A stretch of DNA of 59,480 nucleotides, counting the filler. It is 5 parts of 5 records of this genome, joined end to end, with 100 filler letters (N's around TTAATTAATTAA, not from the genome) between each part and the next. Parts side by side here need not be neighbours in the genome. Positions count along the whole stretch, not along the records: positions 1 to 11,490 come from SRR22947725_7694; positions 11,591 to 21,181 come from SRR22947725_7699; 3 more parts are not named here. One strand, 5' to 3'. The position numbers were made by a program, and so were the translations under genes. Below the pieces are notes generated by a model. That model was not told the origin of the DNA and did not search any database. It saw only the letters and a program-made list of their open reading frames with translations. Below are positions 9,876 to 19,640 of this stretch, piece after piece. Every line of letters starts with the position of its first letter. The first letter of the stretch is position 1.

Positions 9876-9978
9876 TCAAGAAGTGAAATTTTTTCAAAGT
9901 AAGGATTAAAAATTGGTGATACTAATCCAGGTAGAATTTTTCTTTATTTAATTAATCAATCCAGATAGTCTAAATGGT

Positions 9979-11490
9979 GTGAAAACACCAAAAATACTAT
10001 TTTTTTCAAATATAGTAATTCTGAGCATATTTCTAATGCCAATATTTTATTTGGTCTATAGATTTTTAAATTTTTCGACATCTTATACCAGCTTTTTCAA
10101 TTCGTGGAATGTTTTAGATTTAGTTGGCAACACTTTTCTCTTGTTTGTTTTTGTTGTTTTATCCAGTTTAACTGTCGGTATCTCAATTTCGATTATTACT
10201 GTTCGTTTCAATATTTCATACCCTAAATTATTTTTTACTTTATCCGTGCTCCCATTAGTTATACCTTCTTACATAGGCGCACTAACTTATATTTCTGCCT
10301 TTTCGTCAAAAGGATTATATGTTCAACTTTTTTCTAATTTAGGAGTTACTGAAATTTCTGGAATCGATGGATTTTTTGGTAGTTGGTTGGTTCTTACATT
10401 ATTTACATACCCTTATGTGTTACTGATTTGTAGTACTGCTCTTAGAAACCTTGACTCTTCAGTTGAGGATGCGGCAAGATCCTTAGGTAAAAATAAGTTC
10501 CAAATTTACACCCAAGTTGTAGTTCCTAGATTAAAAAAACCTATAATCTTTTCTGGATTATTAGTTGGCTTATATGTAATGTCAGATTTTGGTGCAGTTT
10601 CTTTAATGAGGTATCCAACCTTAACAAAAGCTATTTATAGCTACTATGAACTAAAAATTGATGGTGATCCGGTAATATTCTACTCCAGCTTATTAATAGT
10701 CATGGCATTATTCATTAGTTTCATTCAAAGAGGAACTGATTTGAGTAAATCTTCAAAAGTTTCTGGGACACCTAAGATTTCAGAAAGAAGCAATTTAGGT
10801 GCGAAGTCAAAATTTTTTGTATACCTCTTTCTAGTTTTTATAATTATCATGAGTTTAATTCTTCCAATTTCGGTTCTTAGCTACTGGTTAATTCGTGGAT
10901 TAATTTCAGGAAACAGTGTTAGAGCAGTTTTTGGAGGTGTTGTGGGATCCTTAAGTACTTCACTTATTGCTGCATTATTCTCGGTAATTATTGCAACACC
11001 AATAGTGATTATGGTTTCACAATATAGATCTAAGTTTGGAAACTTTCTTGAAAGAATTATGTTAGCTCTTTATGGGCTGCCACACATTGCGGTAGGAGTA
11101 TCTATATTATTTATAACAATTAAAATCTTCCCCTCAATTTATCAAAGTTTTACAGCACTTATCATCTCATATTTGATAGTTTTCTTACCTCAGGCGATAG
11201 CAACAGGCCAAGCATCTATGGAACAAGTTAAGGCATCATATCTTGATGCAAGTGATGGATTAGGAAATTCAAAATTTCAAACATTTTATAGAATTACATT
11301 GCCTCTAATTTACAGAGGTTTGATTGCTGGTGGAGCTTTAGTTTTCTTATCTACAATGAAAGAATTACCACAAACTTTACTTTTAAGACCAACAGGACTG
11401 AATACTATGGCTGTAGATATTTGGTCATATGCGTCTGAAGGACTCTTTACTCAAGCAGCTTTTTCTTCATTTATTTTGTTGGCAATAAGT
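9979..11490 (+). CDS. Fe(III) ABC permease (FbpB/FutB-like), 3'-truncated at contig end
   Basis: Two EAA-type loops (EDAARSLG, DASDGLG), SDFGAV, MKELPQTLLLRP. Confidence 0.88.
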
Positions 11491-11590
11491 NNNNNNNNNN
11501 NNNNNNNNNNNNNNNNNNNNNNNNNNNNNNNNNNTTAATTAATTAANNNNNNNNNNNNNNNNNNNNNNNNNNNNNNNNNNNNNNNNNNNN
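11491..11590. other. Artificial contig linker
   Basis: 44 N + TTAATTAATTAA + 44 N. Confidence 0.98.
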
Positions 11591-11644
11591 TATGTAGTGT
11601 TGATTAAGTACACGCATAGTAAACTATAAAAACTACGAGATAAG

Positions 11645-11714
11645 TGTTCACAGTGGGTTGTATAAGTATTTAATATACAGTAATGTATACCATGTCTTAG
11701 AATCATAATGAACA
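11645..11714. promoter_or_regulatory. Putative res site of the serine resolvase
   Basis: TGTTCA, TGTATA, TATACA and TGAACA half-sites, including TGTATA-N9-TATACA (11659-11679), just upstream of the resolvase. Confidence 0.45.
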
Positions 11715-11728
11715 GTAAGGTAAGTATT

Positions 11729-12277
11729 ATGGCACAATATGGATACGCTAGAGTAAGTTCTCTTTCACAGTCTACAGAAATACAAGTCGAGGCATTAAAA
11801 CAAGCTGGCTGTACTGTAGTTAGAGAAGAAAAAGTAAGTGGTCGATCTACAGAAGGTCGTACTGAGTTAGCTACAATACTCGACTTTATGACTGAGGGTG
11901 ACAGCCTAACTGTTCATAAGCTAGATAGATTAGGTCGAAATACTAGAGACGTATTAAATCTTGTTCATGTTCTTACTGAGAAGGGCTGTTCTTTGAGAGT
12001 GTTAGAGCCAGCGATAGATACAACAGGAGCTATGGGTACAGTAATGCTTACTGTGTTAGGCATGGTTAGTGAGATGGAGTTAGGATTCATTAAGGAACGT
12101 CAGAGAGCTGGTATTGAGAAGGCTAAAGCTAATGGTGTTTATAAGGGACGACCTAACTCCTTAGATCACGACCAAATAAGAAGTATGAGAGCTGATGGAA
12201 TGGGTGCTACAGCTATTGCACAAGCATTAGGTTGCTCAAGAGGGGCTGTGTATAAAGCAATCAACGCATCAAGCTAA
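11729..12277 (+). CDS. Serine recombinase, resolvase/invertase family with C-terminal HTH
   Basis: YGYARVSS, EKVSG, KLDRLGRN, ERQRAGI..AK..GVYKGRP; start moved to MAQYGY (ORF track starts at 11708). Confidence 0.95.
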   Translation: MAQYGYARVSSLSQSTEIQVEALKQAGCTVVREEKVSGRSTEGRTELATILDFMTEGDSLTVHKLDRLGRNTRDVLNLVHVLTEKGCSLRVLEPAIDTTGAMGTVMLTVLGMVSEMELGFIKERQRAGIEKAKANGVYKGRPNSLDHDQIRSMRADGMGATAIAQALGCSRGAVYKAINASS

Positions 12278-12280
12278 TAA

Positions 12281-13015
12281 TTACTTGTCGTCTTGATCTG
12301 TTAAATTAAACTCATCATCATTGTCTATTAAATCCATATCTTCAGTAGAATCCTCAGAGCTGTTATCTTTAGTTCGTGATAAACTATAGTACGAGGTGAT
12401 TGATTTTAAATACTTCATCCCTTCATCAAAGTCCTCTGGTTTAGACCTATAAGTTTTTGGATCTTTATTCTTTCTTGTCTTAAGTCTGTTAGGAAAAGGC
12501 TTAATTGTTCTGCGTGCTTTGTCTGTTTCTAGATGAGTAAACTTTCCACCCGTATAATATGGAATGTCTAATGCTAAACCACGTTTAATAAGTTCTGACC
12601 CAATGTCTACGTTGCCATCAATATAACACATAGCAACTATTCTATTATAACTAGTTGTCCCATCTGGAACTACATATACCTTATTCTTCTTAACAATCTT
12701 AACCATCTCTCTTTTAGATTTCTGGCCGTATGGTTGATCTAATTCAGGTGCGTTGACGTTAGCAATTCTAATACGTCTACCTCTAACAATAATTGTATCT
12801 CCATCAATAACTCGAGAAACATAACCACTAAATGGCTTAAAGTTTGTGGGGCGTATTTTAGAGCGTAGTTTTCGAGACTTGTTGTAGTACTTACGTTTTC
12901 TATAATATCTATTCTTGTTGTATCTATATCGCCTAAATAATCTTGGTCTCCTAAAGCCTTTGAAAAACCAATATATGAGGACAGATACAATGAGTATATT
13001 AAAGAGTGTTTCCAT
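12281..13015 (-). CDS. Thermonuclease (SNase) family protein with N-terminal TM anchor, basic linker and acidic tail
   Basis: VIDGDTI, RIRIANVNAPE, QPYG, YNRIVA, LIKRGLA motifs. Confidence 0.85.
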   Translation of the reverse strand: METLFNILIVSVLIYWFFKGFRRPRLFRRYRYNKNRYYRKRKYYNKSRKLRSKIRPTNFKPFSGYVSRVIDGDTIIVRGRRIRIANVNAPELDQPYGQKSKREMVKIVKKNKVYVVPDGTTSYNRIVAMCYIDGNVDIGSELIKRGLALDIPYYTGGKFTHLETDKARRTIKPFPNRLKTRKNKDPKTYRSKPEDFDEGMKYLKSITSYYSLSRTKDNSSEDSTEDMDLIDNDDEFNLTDQDDK

Positions 13016-13060
13016 ATATCTTTTTTATTAAACTATAAAATTATAGCTTTATTCCTCAAC

Positions 13061-14194
13061 CTATAAATCAAAGCAGTCTTCAATATCTTGTATAGTCATT
13101 AACCGTTCATTCTCTCTAACGAATGGTTCGTAGTCTCTTACATTCCATAATTCAGAGTTTGTATGTTGCTTGATTAGCATCTTTTCAATAGCGAGAGACT
13201 CACTCTTAGTTAAACCTTCATGTAAACGCTCAACAGTCATTTCACCTTTGGTAAAGAAGTGTTCATTGATTTTCCAGTTATGAGAGGCTCCAGAGTTGAC
13301 GTGTTTAGGTCGATCTCTTTTACCTTCACCTATATATCTCACATTACCCTCCCAATCCTTTACTAAATATACAACATGGTCTGTGAGTGCGCCTGAGCTT
13401 GAGACTAATCTTAAAGGTGTCTTCCGCTTGTGTGCTTTTATTTTTGTAGTTTTGCCTGATGATAATTTTCTGTTGTGTGAAACAACATTGTGCCTATCTC
13501 TATCTGGCAAGCTCTGTATTAACTTATCTACTGTGCCGAACTGAACCTTAACTGCACTTAGATATTCCATCGACCCAGTATCAAAATCAAGAAAGCTATA
13601 TTGAGCATAACCTTTGTTTTTTATGTCCTGCTCAACTCGATTTTCATCAATGCCTCCAATACCTTCTACTATTCCCCATTCCTTAAATTCGTCTAACTTC
13701 ATTGCTGGCAATGGAACTATTACAAACCCATAAGCCTGTGTGGCCTTATCCAAGAATAAATAGGGAGAAATCTCATTAGCCCATAAGAAGTCTGTTGCAT
13801 CTAGTTTGTGGCAGTGGGGAAATAATTTTTCATCAATCTCAAGATAATAATATCCATTTGACCAAGGGGATTTTTCATCAACCAAAATACCATAACCACC
13901 CCAAGGATTTAGAGTGGGTATTTTATTCTCAATACTGTGGTTATAAGCCTCTACACAGCACTCTAACATAAAACTTTGGCCACCATTGTTTATGGCATTT
14001 CCAGTTCCAAACTTTGTTGCAAGTATCATATTATAAAACGCGTCTGCAGAGGGTTTAGTCACACTTGGCTTGAACATTTTCTGAATATTAGTTTTTAATT
14101 GATCAGAGGTGAAACTTGATAAGTGTCTTTTTAACTCACGTTGAAACTTTAACTTCTTACGCTGTTGCATTTGTTCAGAGACTATAAGAGCCAT
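13061..14194 (-). CDS. Protein with unknown N-terminal domain and C-terminal GIY-YIG nuclease-like domain
   Basis: VVYLVKD..G..RYIGEGKRDR, then EKMLIK and LWN, matching the GIY/YIG, Arg, Glu, Asn motifs. Confidence 0.7.
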   Translation of the reverse strand: MALIVSEQMQQRKKLKFQRELKRHLSSFTSDQLKTNIQKMFKPSVTKPSADAFYNMILATKFGTGNAINNGGQSFMLECCVEAYNHSIENKIPTLNPWGGYGILVDEKSPWSNGYYYLEIDEKLFPHCHKLDATDFLWANEISPYLFLDKATQAYGFVIVPLPAMKLDEFKEWGIVEGIGGIDENRVEQDIKNKGYAQYSFLDFDTGSMEYLSAVKVQFGTVDKLIQSLPDRDRHNVVSHNRKLSSGKTTKIKAHKRKTPLRLVSSSGALTDHVVYLVKDWEGNVRYIGEGKRDRPKHVNSGASHNWKINEHFFTKGEMTVERLHEGLTKSESLAIEKMLIKQHTNSELWNVRDYEPFVRENERLMTIQDIEDCFDL

Positions 14195-14510
14195 CTTTGA
14201 TTACCTGTTAGAGATGTTGTTTGCTTATGTTAGTAAATGTTTTTGATACGATCAATCATTTAGAGCTGTAAGAATATAAGCTACACAATAGATTAATATG
14301 AAGTGTATATGTCATTTATGGGTACCCATATAATCATACAGTAACATATTAGCCCGCGCTGGTTTCCACATACCTATCCAAGATAAAAAATAGTTAGCCG
14401 AGGTAAGCCTGTAAGAAATCGATCATAAGGTCTCTTGCTATATATAAAAAAATAAACAAAAATAGTCTCAATAAGATTTTTTATTAACATATCATCATGA
14501 GGAAACCCTA

Positions 14511-14876
14511 ATGCGTTATTTACTCCCTGCTATTGCTTTGTGTGCTTTAAGTGCATGTGCAACAATCACTAACGATGAGAATGTACCAGTTGCACTTTCT
14601 TTTAGTGACGGAAGCACAGGTACTTGTACTCTTCAAAATAAGAGAGTGACACTTTCTGCTGAAATACCATCAACACAAATGATCAGAAGATCAGATGATA
14701 ACCTTCAGTACAATTGTACATCATCTAATGGTGCAACAGGAGTAGGTGGTATTCCTAGTTCTATGGGTGCAAAGATTGTAGCTAGTGCAGTATTTATTGA
14801 TTTAGGTATTGTTGACTCAATTACTGACAAGCACAGAACTTATCCTGCTAGCTTTGTGATACCTGTTACTAAATAA
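14511..14876 (+). CDS. Small lipoprotein of unknown function
   Basis: Lipobox LSAC-ATI, AGGA RBS, two further Cys, GIVDSIT motif. Confidence 0.75.
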   Translation: MRYLLPAIALCALSACATITNDENVPVALSFSDGSTGTCTLQNKRVTLSAEIPSTQMIRRSDDNLQYNCTSSNGATGVGGIPSSMGAKIVASAVFIDLGIVDSITDKHRTYPASFVIPVTK

Positions 14877-14921
14877 AGATATACCACAGTAAAATTACGA
14901 CCACATGAGGAGTAACGACAA

Positions 14922-15341
14922 ATGGGCAGGTTGAAAGTTTTCGCTGGGATTACCTGTCTAAGTTTTATGCTGGTAGGTTGTGATGATTTGCCAGCTGGTG
15001 CTTATCCTACTGAAAAAAATTATGCTAACATTGTAAAAACTTGGTTGGGTTCTGACGAAGACGACCTAATTAGTAAATGGGGTGTTCCTGAGAACGTTTA
15101 TAAGTCAGGCCGTAAGAAATATTTAACATACGTAAATAAGAGGACTGTCTACATACAGGGAAGATCGCCTAGATACCAAACTAGTGTTTTTGGTAATACA
15201 GCCTATACAAATAGTTATGGTGGCTCAAAAGGTTACAATCTAGACAAGTCCTGTCAGACTACTTTTACAGTTTCAAAAGGTATAATTACGAATGTGGCCT
15301 ACAAAGGTAACGATTGTGTAGCCCTTGATAGGCCAAGTTAA
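14922..15341 (+). CDS. Small lipoprotein of unknown function
   Basis: GAGGAG RBS, lipobox LVGC, WLG..LISKWGVP, C-terminal C..TF..GNDC. Confidence 0.75.
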   Translation: MGRLKVFAGITCLSFMLVGCDDLPAGAYPTEKNYANIVKTWLGSDEDDLISKWGVPENVYKSGRKKYLTYVNKRTVYIQGRSPRYQTSVFGNTAYTNSYGGSKGYNLDKSCQTTFTVSKGIITNVAYKGNDCVALDRPS

Positions 15342-15403
15342 GTGAATGTGTTCACTCTGATGGAAGTGTTATAGACGTAGTTTGGTAAAATTATAATTAA
15401 AAT

Positions 15404-15440
15404 GTGGGTGGTACACGTGGGTGGTATACGTGGGTGGAAG
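15404..15440. repeat. 13-bp tandem repeat GTGGGTGGTAYAC (about 3 copies), probable integrase arm-type sites
   Basis: GTGGGTGGTACAC GTGGGTGGTATAC GTGGGTGGAAG, about 60 bp from the tRNA 3' end. Confidence 0.7.
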
Positions 15441-15501
15441 CTAATTCGCAGGCACTAGCTTAAGCTATATAAATAAGGTGTTTTAAGTGCCATGAAGGTA
15501 A

Positions 15502-15591
15502 TGGCGGAGACGAAGGGATTCGAACCCTCGAACGAGTCACCCCGTTACTCCCTTAGCAGGGGAGCGCCTTCGACCACTCGGCCACGTCTCC
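15502..15591 (-). tRNA. tRNA-Ser(GCT)
   Basis: GGAGACG acceptor stem, CTCCC-CT-GCT-AA-GGGAG anticodon arm, long variable arm, GGTTCGAATCC, encoded CCA; 90 nt. Confidence 0.97.
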
Positions 15592-15744
15592 GCCGGCGGG
15601 TCTAACTCATTTACTTATATACTGACAAGTAGATTCTTTAATTAATTTGACCAATATATGTATTTTTTTAAGTCAGATTTTACAAAAATAAACAGAAATA
15701 AGTGTTGAGCTCTTTTTTAAATATTCATCTGTGAATTATTCAAC

Positions 15745-16617
15745 TTAAAGAATTTCTTGTTTTGAATAACCTTGCAAATAGAGCAATCCCTCAAGATTAG
15801 AAAAATTCAATCTTGCCTTGCATTGTACAGCTACTATTGGTTTTGCATGTAAAGCAACCCCCATACCAGCTTTAGTAAGCATACCTAAATCATTCGCACC
15901 ATCACCAACAGCTATCACGTCATCATATGCACAATTTAGTTTTCTTGATATATCAATTAGTGCATCAACTTTTGCTTGTTTGCCAAGAATAGGCAATTGA
16001 ACTTTGCCAGAGAGCATTTCATTTTCATGAAGGAGAGTATTTGCACGATTTTCATCAAAGCCAAGCATTTTAGAAATAGCTTCAGTGAAATCTGTAAATC
16101 CACCAGAAACCAAAGCGCAATAAGATCCATTTCTCTTCATAGTCTTTATTAAACTTTCAGCACCTGGCATTAATGTAATACGCTCTTTCAAAACATTTAT
16201 AATAATATCTGAGCTCAACCCTTTCAGCAATTTAACACGTTCAATGAGTGCATCTTCAAAATCCAACTCACCATTCATAGCTCTTTTTGTTATTTCAGCG
16301 ACTCGCTTACCTACACCCGCCTCATCAGCCAATTCATCAATACACTCTTGTTCTATCATTGTGCTATCCATATCAGCTAAAAGTATATTTTTCCGACGAT
16401 TTTTAATTGGTTGAATTACAATATCTATTTGATGTTTTTGAAGCTGCTTCCAAACTATTTCAAAATTTGATGGTTCAGATACTAAACTGATATCTATAGC
16501 AATATTATCATCCAAAACCTTATATTTTACTCCACCTAAATCATTAACAACCTGTTTTAAAATTAGCTCTGATAAATTTCTATTTTTACTATTTGCTATT
16601 AAAGTTGCGACGTACAT
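15745..16617 (-). CDS. serB: Phosphoserine phosphatase
   Basis: ADMDST, ECIDELA, LVSGGF, AVGDGANDL motifs. Confidence 0.95.
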   Translation of the reverse strand: MYVATLIANSKNRNLSELILKQVVNDLGGVKYKVLDDNIAIDISLVSEPSNFEIVWKQLQKHQIDIVIQPIKNRRKNILLADMDSTMIEQECIDELADEAGVGKRVAEITKRAMNGELDFEDALIERVKLLKGLSSDIIINVLKERITLMPGAESLIKTMKRNGSYCALVSGGFTDFTEAISKMLGFDENRANTLLHENEMLSGKVQLPILGKQAKVDALIDISRKLNCAYDDVIAVGDGANDLGMLTKAGMGVALHAKPIVAVQCKARLNFSNLEGLLYLQGYSKQEIL

Positions 16618-16720
16618 TTCTGTTATCCTAAAAAATATTACTTGATGATAATTAGCTTTATGAGGAATTGAAATAATATTCCAGAAGGAAGGGTTGTATA
16701 ATTATTATTTTTTACATAAA

Positions 16721-16777
16721 CCCATCAGTGGGACACCCTTCCCCAACGAAGGGCAATTATCTGTAAGGATAGATATT
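16721..16777 (+). ncRNA. serC leader RNA motif (alphaproteobacterial cis-element)
   Basis: Two short hairpins CCCA-TCAG-TGGG and CCCTTC-CCCAAC-GAAGGG just before the serC RBS, in an otherwise AT-rich UTR. Confidence 0.6.
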
Positions 16778-17938
16778 ATGAAAATAAAAAAACCGGACGT
16801 TCGTCCGAACAACCCTCAATTCTCTTCTGGACCTTGCGCAAAACCGTCTACTTGGACGCTTAATGCATTATCTAATGCAGCACTTGGCAGATCTCACAGA
16901 GCTATAATTGGTAAAGACAAACTCTTAAAAGCAATCGAAACCACTCGTGAAGTTCTAAAAATTCCAGAAAATTATAAGATTGGAATTCTTCCGGCATCTG
17001 ATACTGGAGCAATTGAGGCTGCCATGTGGTCAATGCTTGGAGAACGGCCTGTGGACATGTGCTCATGGGAAAGCTTCGGTGCAGGATGGGTAACTGATGT
17101 TGTTAAACAATTAAAATTAGACAATGTTACTCACCACAAAGCCGATTATGGAAAATTACCTGACCTCAATAATATAAACTTTGATAATGATGTAGTATTT
17201 ACGTGGAATGGAACAACTTCTGGCGTGAAAGTCCCAAATGGAGATTTTATTCCAGAAAGTCGAAATGGCCTAACAATATGTGATGCAACGTCTGCAGCTT
17301 TTGCCCAAGATTTACCATGGGATAAATTAGATGTTACAACATTTAGTTGGCAAAAAGTATTAGGTGGAGAGGCTGCTCACGGCATGCTTATATTATCACC
17401 AAACGCTGTAAGGCGTCTTGAAAACTATACCCCATCATGGCCCTTACCTAAAATTTTCAGACTAACAAAAGGCGGAAAATTAATTGATGGTATTTTTAAA
17501 GGAGCCACAATAAATACACCATCCATGTTAGCCGTTGAAGATTATTTGTTTGCTCTTGATTGGGCAAAAAAACAGGGCGGTAAAAATGGCTTGATAATCA
17601 AAGCAAACGCAAATTTAGATGTAATTTCAAACTTTGTAGACAATAATAGTTGGATTGCTTTTTTAGCTGAAAACAAGGATACTTTGTCCAACACATCTGT
17701 TTGTTTGAAAATTATCGATCCACGCGTTTTAAGTTTAGATTCTGAAAATCAAGCAAAATTTGCCAAAAACCTAGTTAAACTCTTAGATGACGAAGGTATC
17801 GCATACGATATTGGCTCCTACAGGGATGCTCCAGCTGGCTTGCGAATTTGGACAGGTGGAACAATTGAAAAACAAGATCTTCAATCATTAATGCCATGGT
17901 TAAACTGGGCATTTGAAACACAAATTTTGAAACTATAA
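16778..17938 (+). CDS. serC: Phosphoserine aminotransferase
   Basis: [41 protein letters not shown] with AAGGA RBS (ORF track starts at 16694). Confidence 0.95.
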   Translation: MKIKKPDVRPNNPQFSSGPCAKPSTWTLNALSNAALGRSHRAIIGKDKLLKAIETTREVLKIPENYKIGILPASDTGAIEAAMWSMLGERPVDMCSWESFGAGWVTDVVKQLKLDNVTHHKADYGKLPDLNNINFDNDVVFTWNGTTSGVKVPNGDFIPESRNGLTICDATSAAFAQDLPWDKLDVTTFSWQKVLGGEAAHGMLILSPNAVRRLENYTPSWPLPKIFRLTKGGKLIDGIFKGATINTPSMLAVEDYLFALDWAKKQGGKNGLIIKANANLDVISNFVDNNSWIAFLAENKDTLSNTSVCLKIIDPRVLSLDSENQAKFAKNLVKLLDDEGIAYDIGSYRDAPAGLRIWTGGTIEKQDLQSLMPWLNWAFETQILKL

Positions 17939-17991
17939 TTTTAGCAAAACTTATTTTTGCAATTTTAAAATATTAATTTAAGGAGGCTTTA

Positions 17992-19581
17992 ATGCCTAAA
18001 GTACTTGTATCTGACAGCTTATCTGAAACTGCTGTTCAAATTTTTCGTGACAACAACATCTCTGTAGATTTCTTGCCAACATTGGGCAAAGATAAAGATG
18101 CGCTTTTTGCAAAGATTAACGAATATGATGGGTTGGCAATTAGGTCTGCAACAAAAGTTACAGAAAAATTACTCAGCGCTGCGACAAATTTAAAAGTTAT
18201 TGGACGCGCAGGGATTGGTGTCGATAATATTGATCTCAAAGCAGCTTCAAAAAAGGGCGTAATTGTAATGAATACACCTTTTGGAAATATGATTACTACT
18301 GCAGAGCATGCAATTGCCATGATGTTTGCAGTCGCCCGGCAAATCCCTGAAGCTTCAGCCTCAACTCATGCAGGTAAGTGGGAAAAATCAAAGTTTATGG
18401 GTGTTGAATTAACAAATAAGATTCTTGGTTTGGTAGGTGCAGGGAATATTGGTTCAATTGTTGCATCCCGTGCTCTTGGATTAAAAATGAAGGTATTAGC
18501 ATATGACCCATTTTTATCTGAAGAGCGGGCAAAAGAGTTAGGTGTTACAAAAGTCGAACTAGACGAACTTTACAATAAATCTGACTTTATTACTCTTCAT
18601 GTTCCAAAGACTGATGCAACAGCTGGAATGATTTCTGAAGACGCAATAAAAAAGATGAAACCAGGCGTACGAATTATAAACTGCGCACGTGGAGGACTGG
18701 TTGACGAGACAGCTTTAGCAAAAGCTCTCAATTCAGGCCATGTAGCAGGAGCTGCATTTGATGTATTTTCAGTCGAACCAGCAACAGATAGCCCATTATT
18801 TAACTTGCCAAATGTAGTAGTAACTCCACATCTAGGCGCAGCAACTACTGAAGCACAAGAAAACGTGGCACTTCAAGTTGCAGAACAACTAAGTGATTAC
18901 TTGAATAATGGCGCAGTTTCCAACGCAATTAATATGCCTTCTATAACTGCAGAGGAAGCGCCAATTTTAGGCCCGTTTGTAAAACTATCACAACATCTTG
19001 GTGCTTTTGCAGGTCAATTAACAAATGAACCAATCACAGAAATAAATATTACATATGATGGTAAAGTTGCAGATATGAATACGAAGGCATTAGCTTCTGC
19101 TGCCATTGCTGGTGTGATGCAAGCTCAAAATCCAGACGTAAATATGGTATCTGCACCTGTAATTGCCGCCGATCGTGGAATAAAAGTTTCGAATACTACA
19201 CAAATAAAATCTGGCGTATTTGATAGTTACATAAAACTAACCGTCAAAACTAAAGAACGTGAAAGATCAGTTGCTGGTACTGTCTTCAGTGATGGAAAGC
19301 CACGATTTATTCAAATCAAAGGAATTAATATTGATGCAGAAGTTGGGTCTCATATGTTGTATACAACTAATAAGGATATTCCCGGTATAATTGGCACATT
19401 AGGTCAGACTATGGGCGAATATGACGTAAATATTGCTAACTTTACATTGGGTAGAAAAAATACTGGTGGAGATGCAATCGCTTTATTATATCTTGATTGC
19501 GCGCCCAATCAAGATGCTATGGATAGCCTACAAAAAACTGGAATCTTTCAAACTGTTAGTGCTTTAAAATTTGAAGTTTAA
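17992..19581 (+). CDS. serA: D-3-phosphoglycerate dehydrogenase
   Basis: GRAGIGVDN, NCARGG, TPHLGAAT, C-terminal ACT domain. Confidence 0.96.
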   Translation: MPKVLVSDSLSETAVQIFRDNNISVDFLPTLGKDKDALFAKINEYDGLAIRSATKVTEKLLSAATNLKVIGRAGIGVDNIDLKAASKKGVIVMNTPFGNMITTAEHAIAMMFAVARQIPEASASTHAGKWEKSKFMGVELTNKILGLVGAGNIGSIVASRALGLKMKVLAYDPFLSEERAKELGVTKVELDELYNKSDFITLHVPKTDATAGMISEDAIKKMKPGVRIINCARGGLVDETALAKALNSGHVAGAAFDVFSVEPATDSPLFNLPNVVVTPHLGAATTEAQENVALQVAEQLSDYLNNGAVSNAINMPSITAEEAPILGPFVKLSQHLGAFAGQLTNEPITEINITYDGKVADMNTKALASAAIAGVMQAQNPDVNMVSAPVIAADRGIKVSNTTQIKSGVFDSYIKLTVKTKERERSVAGTVFSDGKPRFIQIKGINIDAEVGSHMLYTTNKDIPGIIGTLGQTMGEYDVNIANFTLGRKNTGGDAIALLYLDCAPNQDAMDSLQKTGIFQTVSALKFEV

Positions 19582-19593
19582 AACACCAATCTG

Positions 19594-19627
19594 ACATTGG
19601 GTGGGTTATTAATAATCCATCCAATGT
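19594..19627. terminator. Hairpin between convergent serA and HAD genes
   Basis: ACATTGGGTGGGTTAT..ATAATCCATCCAATGT inverted repeat with GU pairs. Confidence 0.7.
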
Positions 19628-19640
19628 TAACAATATATTT

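Larger units (their letters stand above)
11591..15501. mobile_element. End of a genomic island/integrative element at the 3' end of tRNA-Ser(GCT); other end lies beyond the contig
   Basis: Accessory genes (resolvase, nucleases, lipoproteins) directly abut the tRNA CCA end; arm-site-like repeats next to the tRNA; core ser genes on the other side. Confidence 0.75.

Noticed and set aside
11535-11546. TTAATTAATTAA repeated four times in the window
   Set aside because: Always embedded in 44-N flanks; an assembly linker with stops in all frames, not biological
15404-15440. Possible CRISPR-like repeat
   Set aside because: 13-bp units with no spacers and no cas genes; better explained as att arm sites
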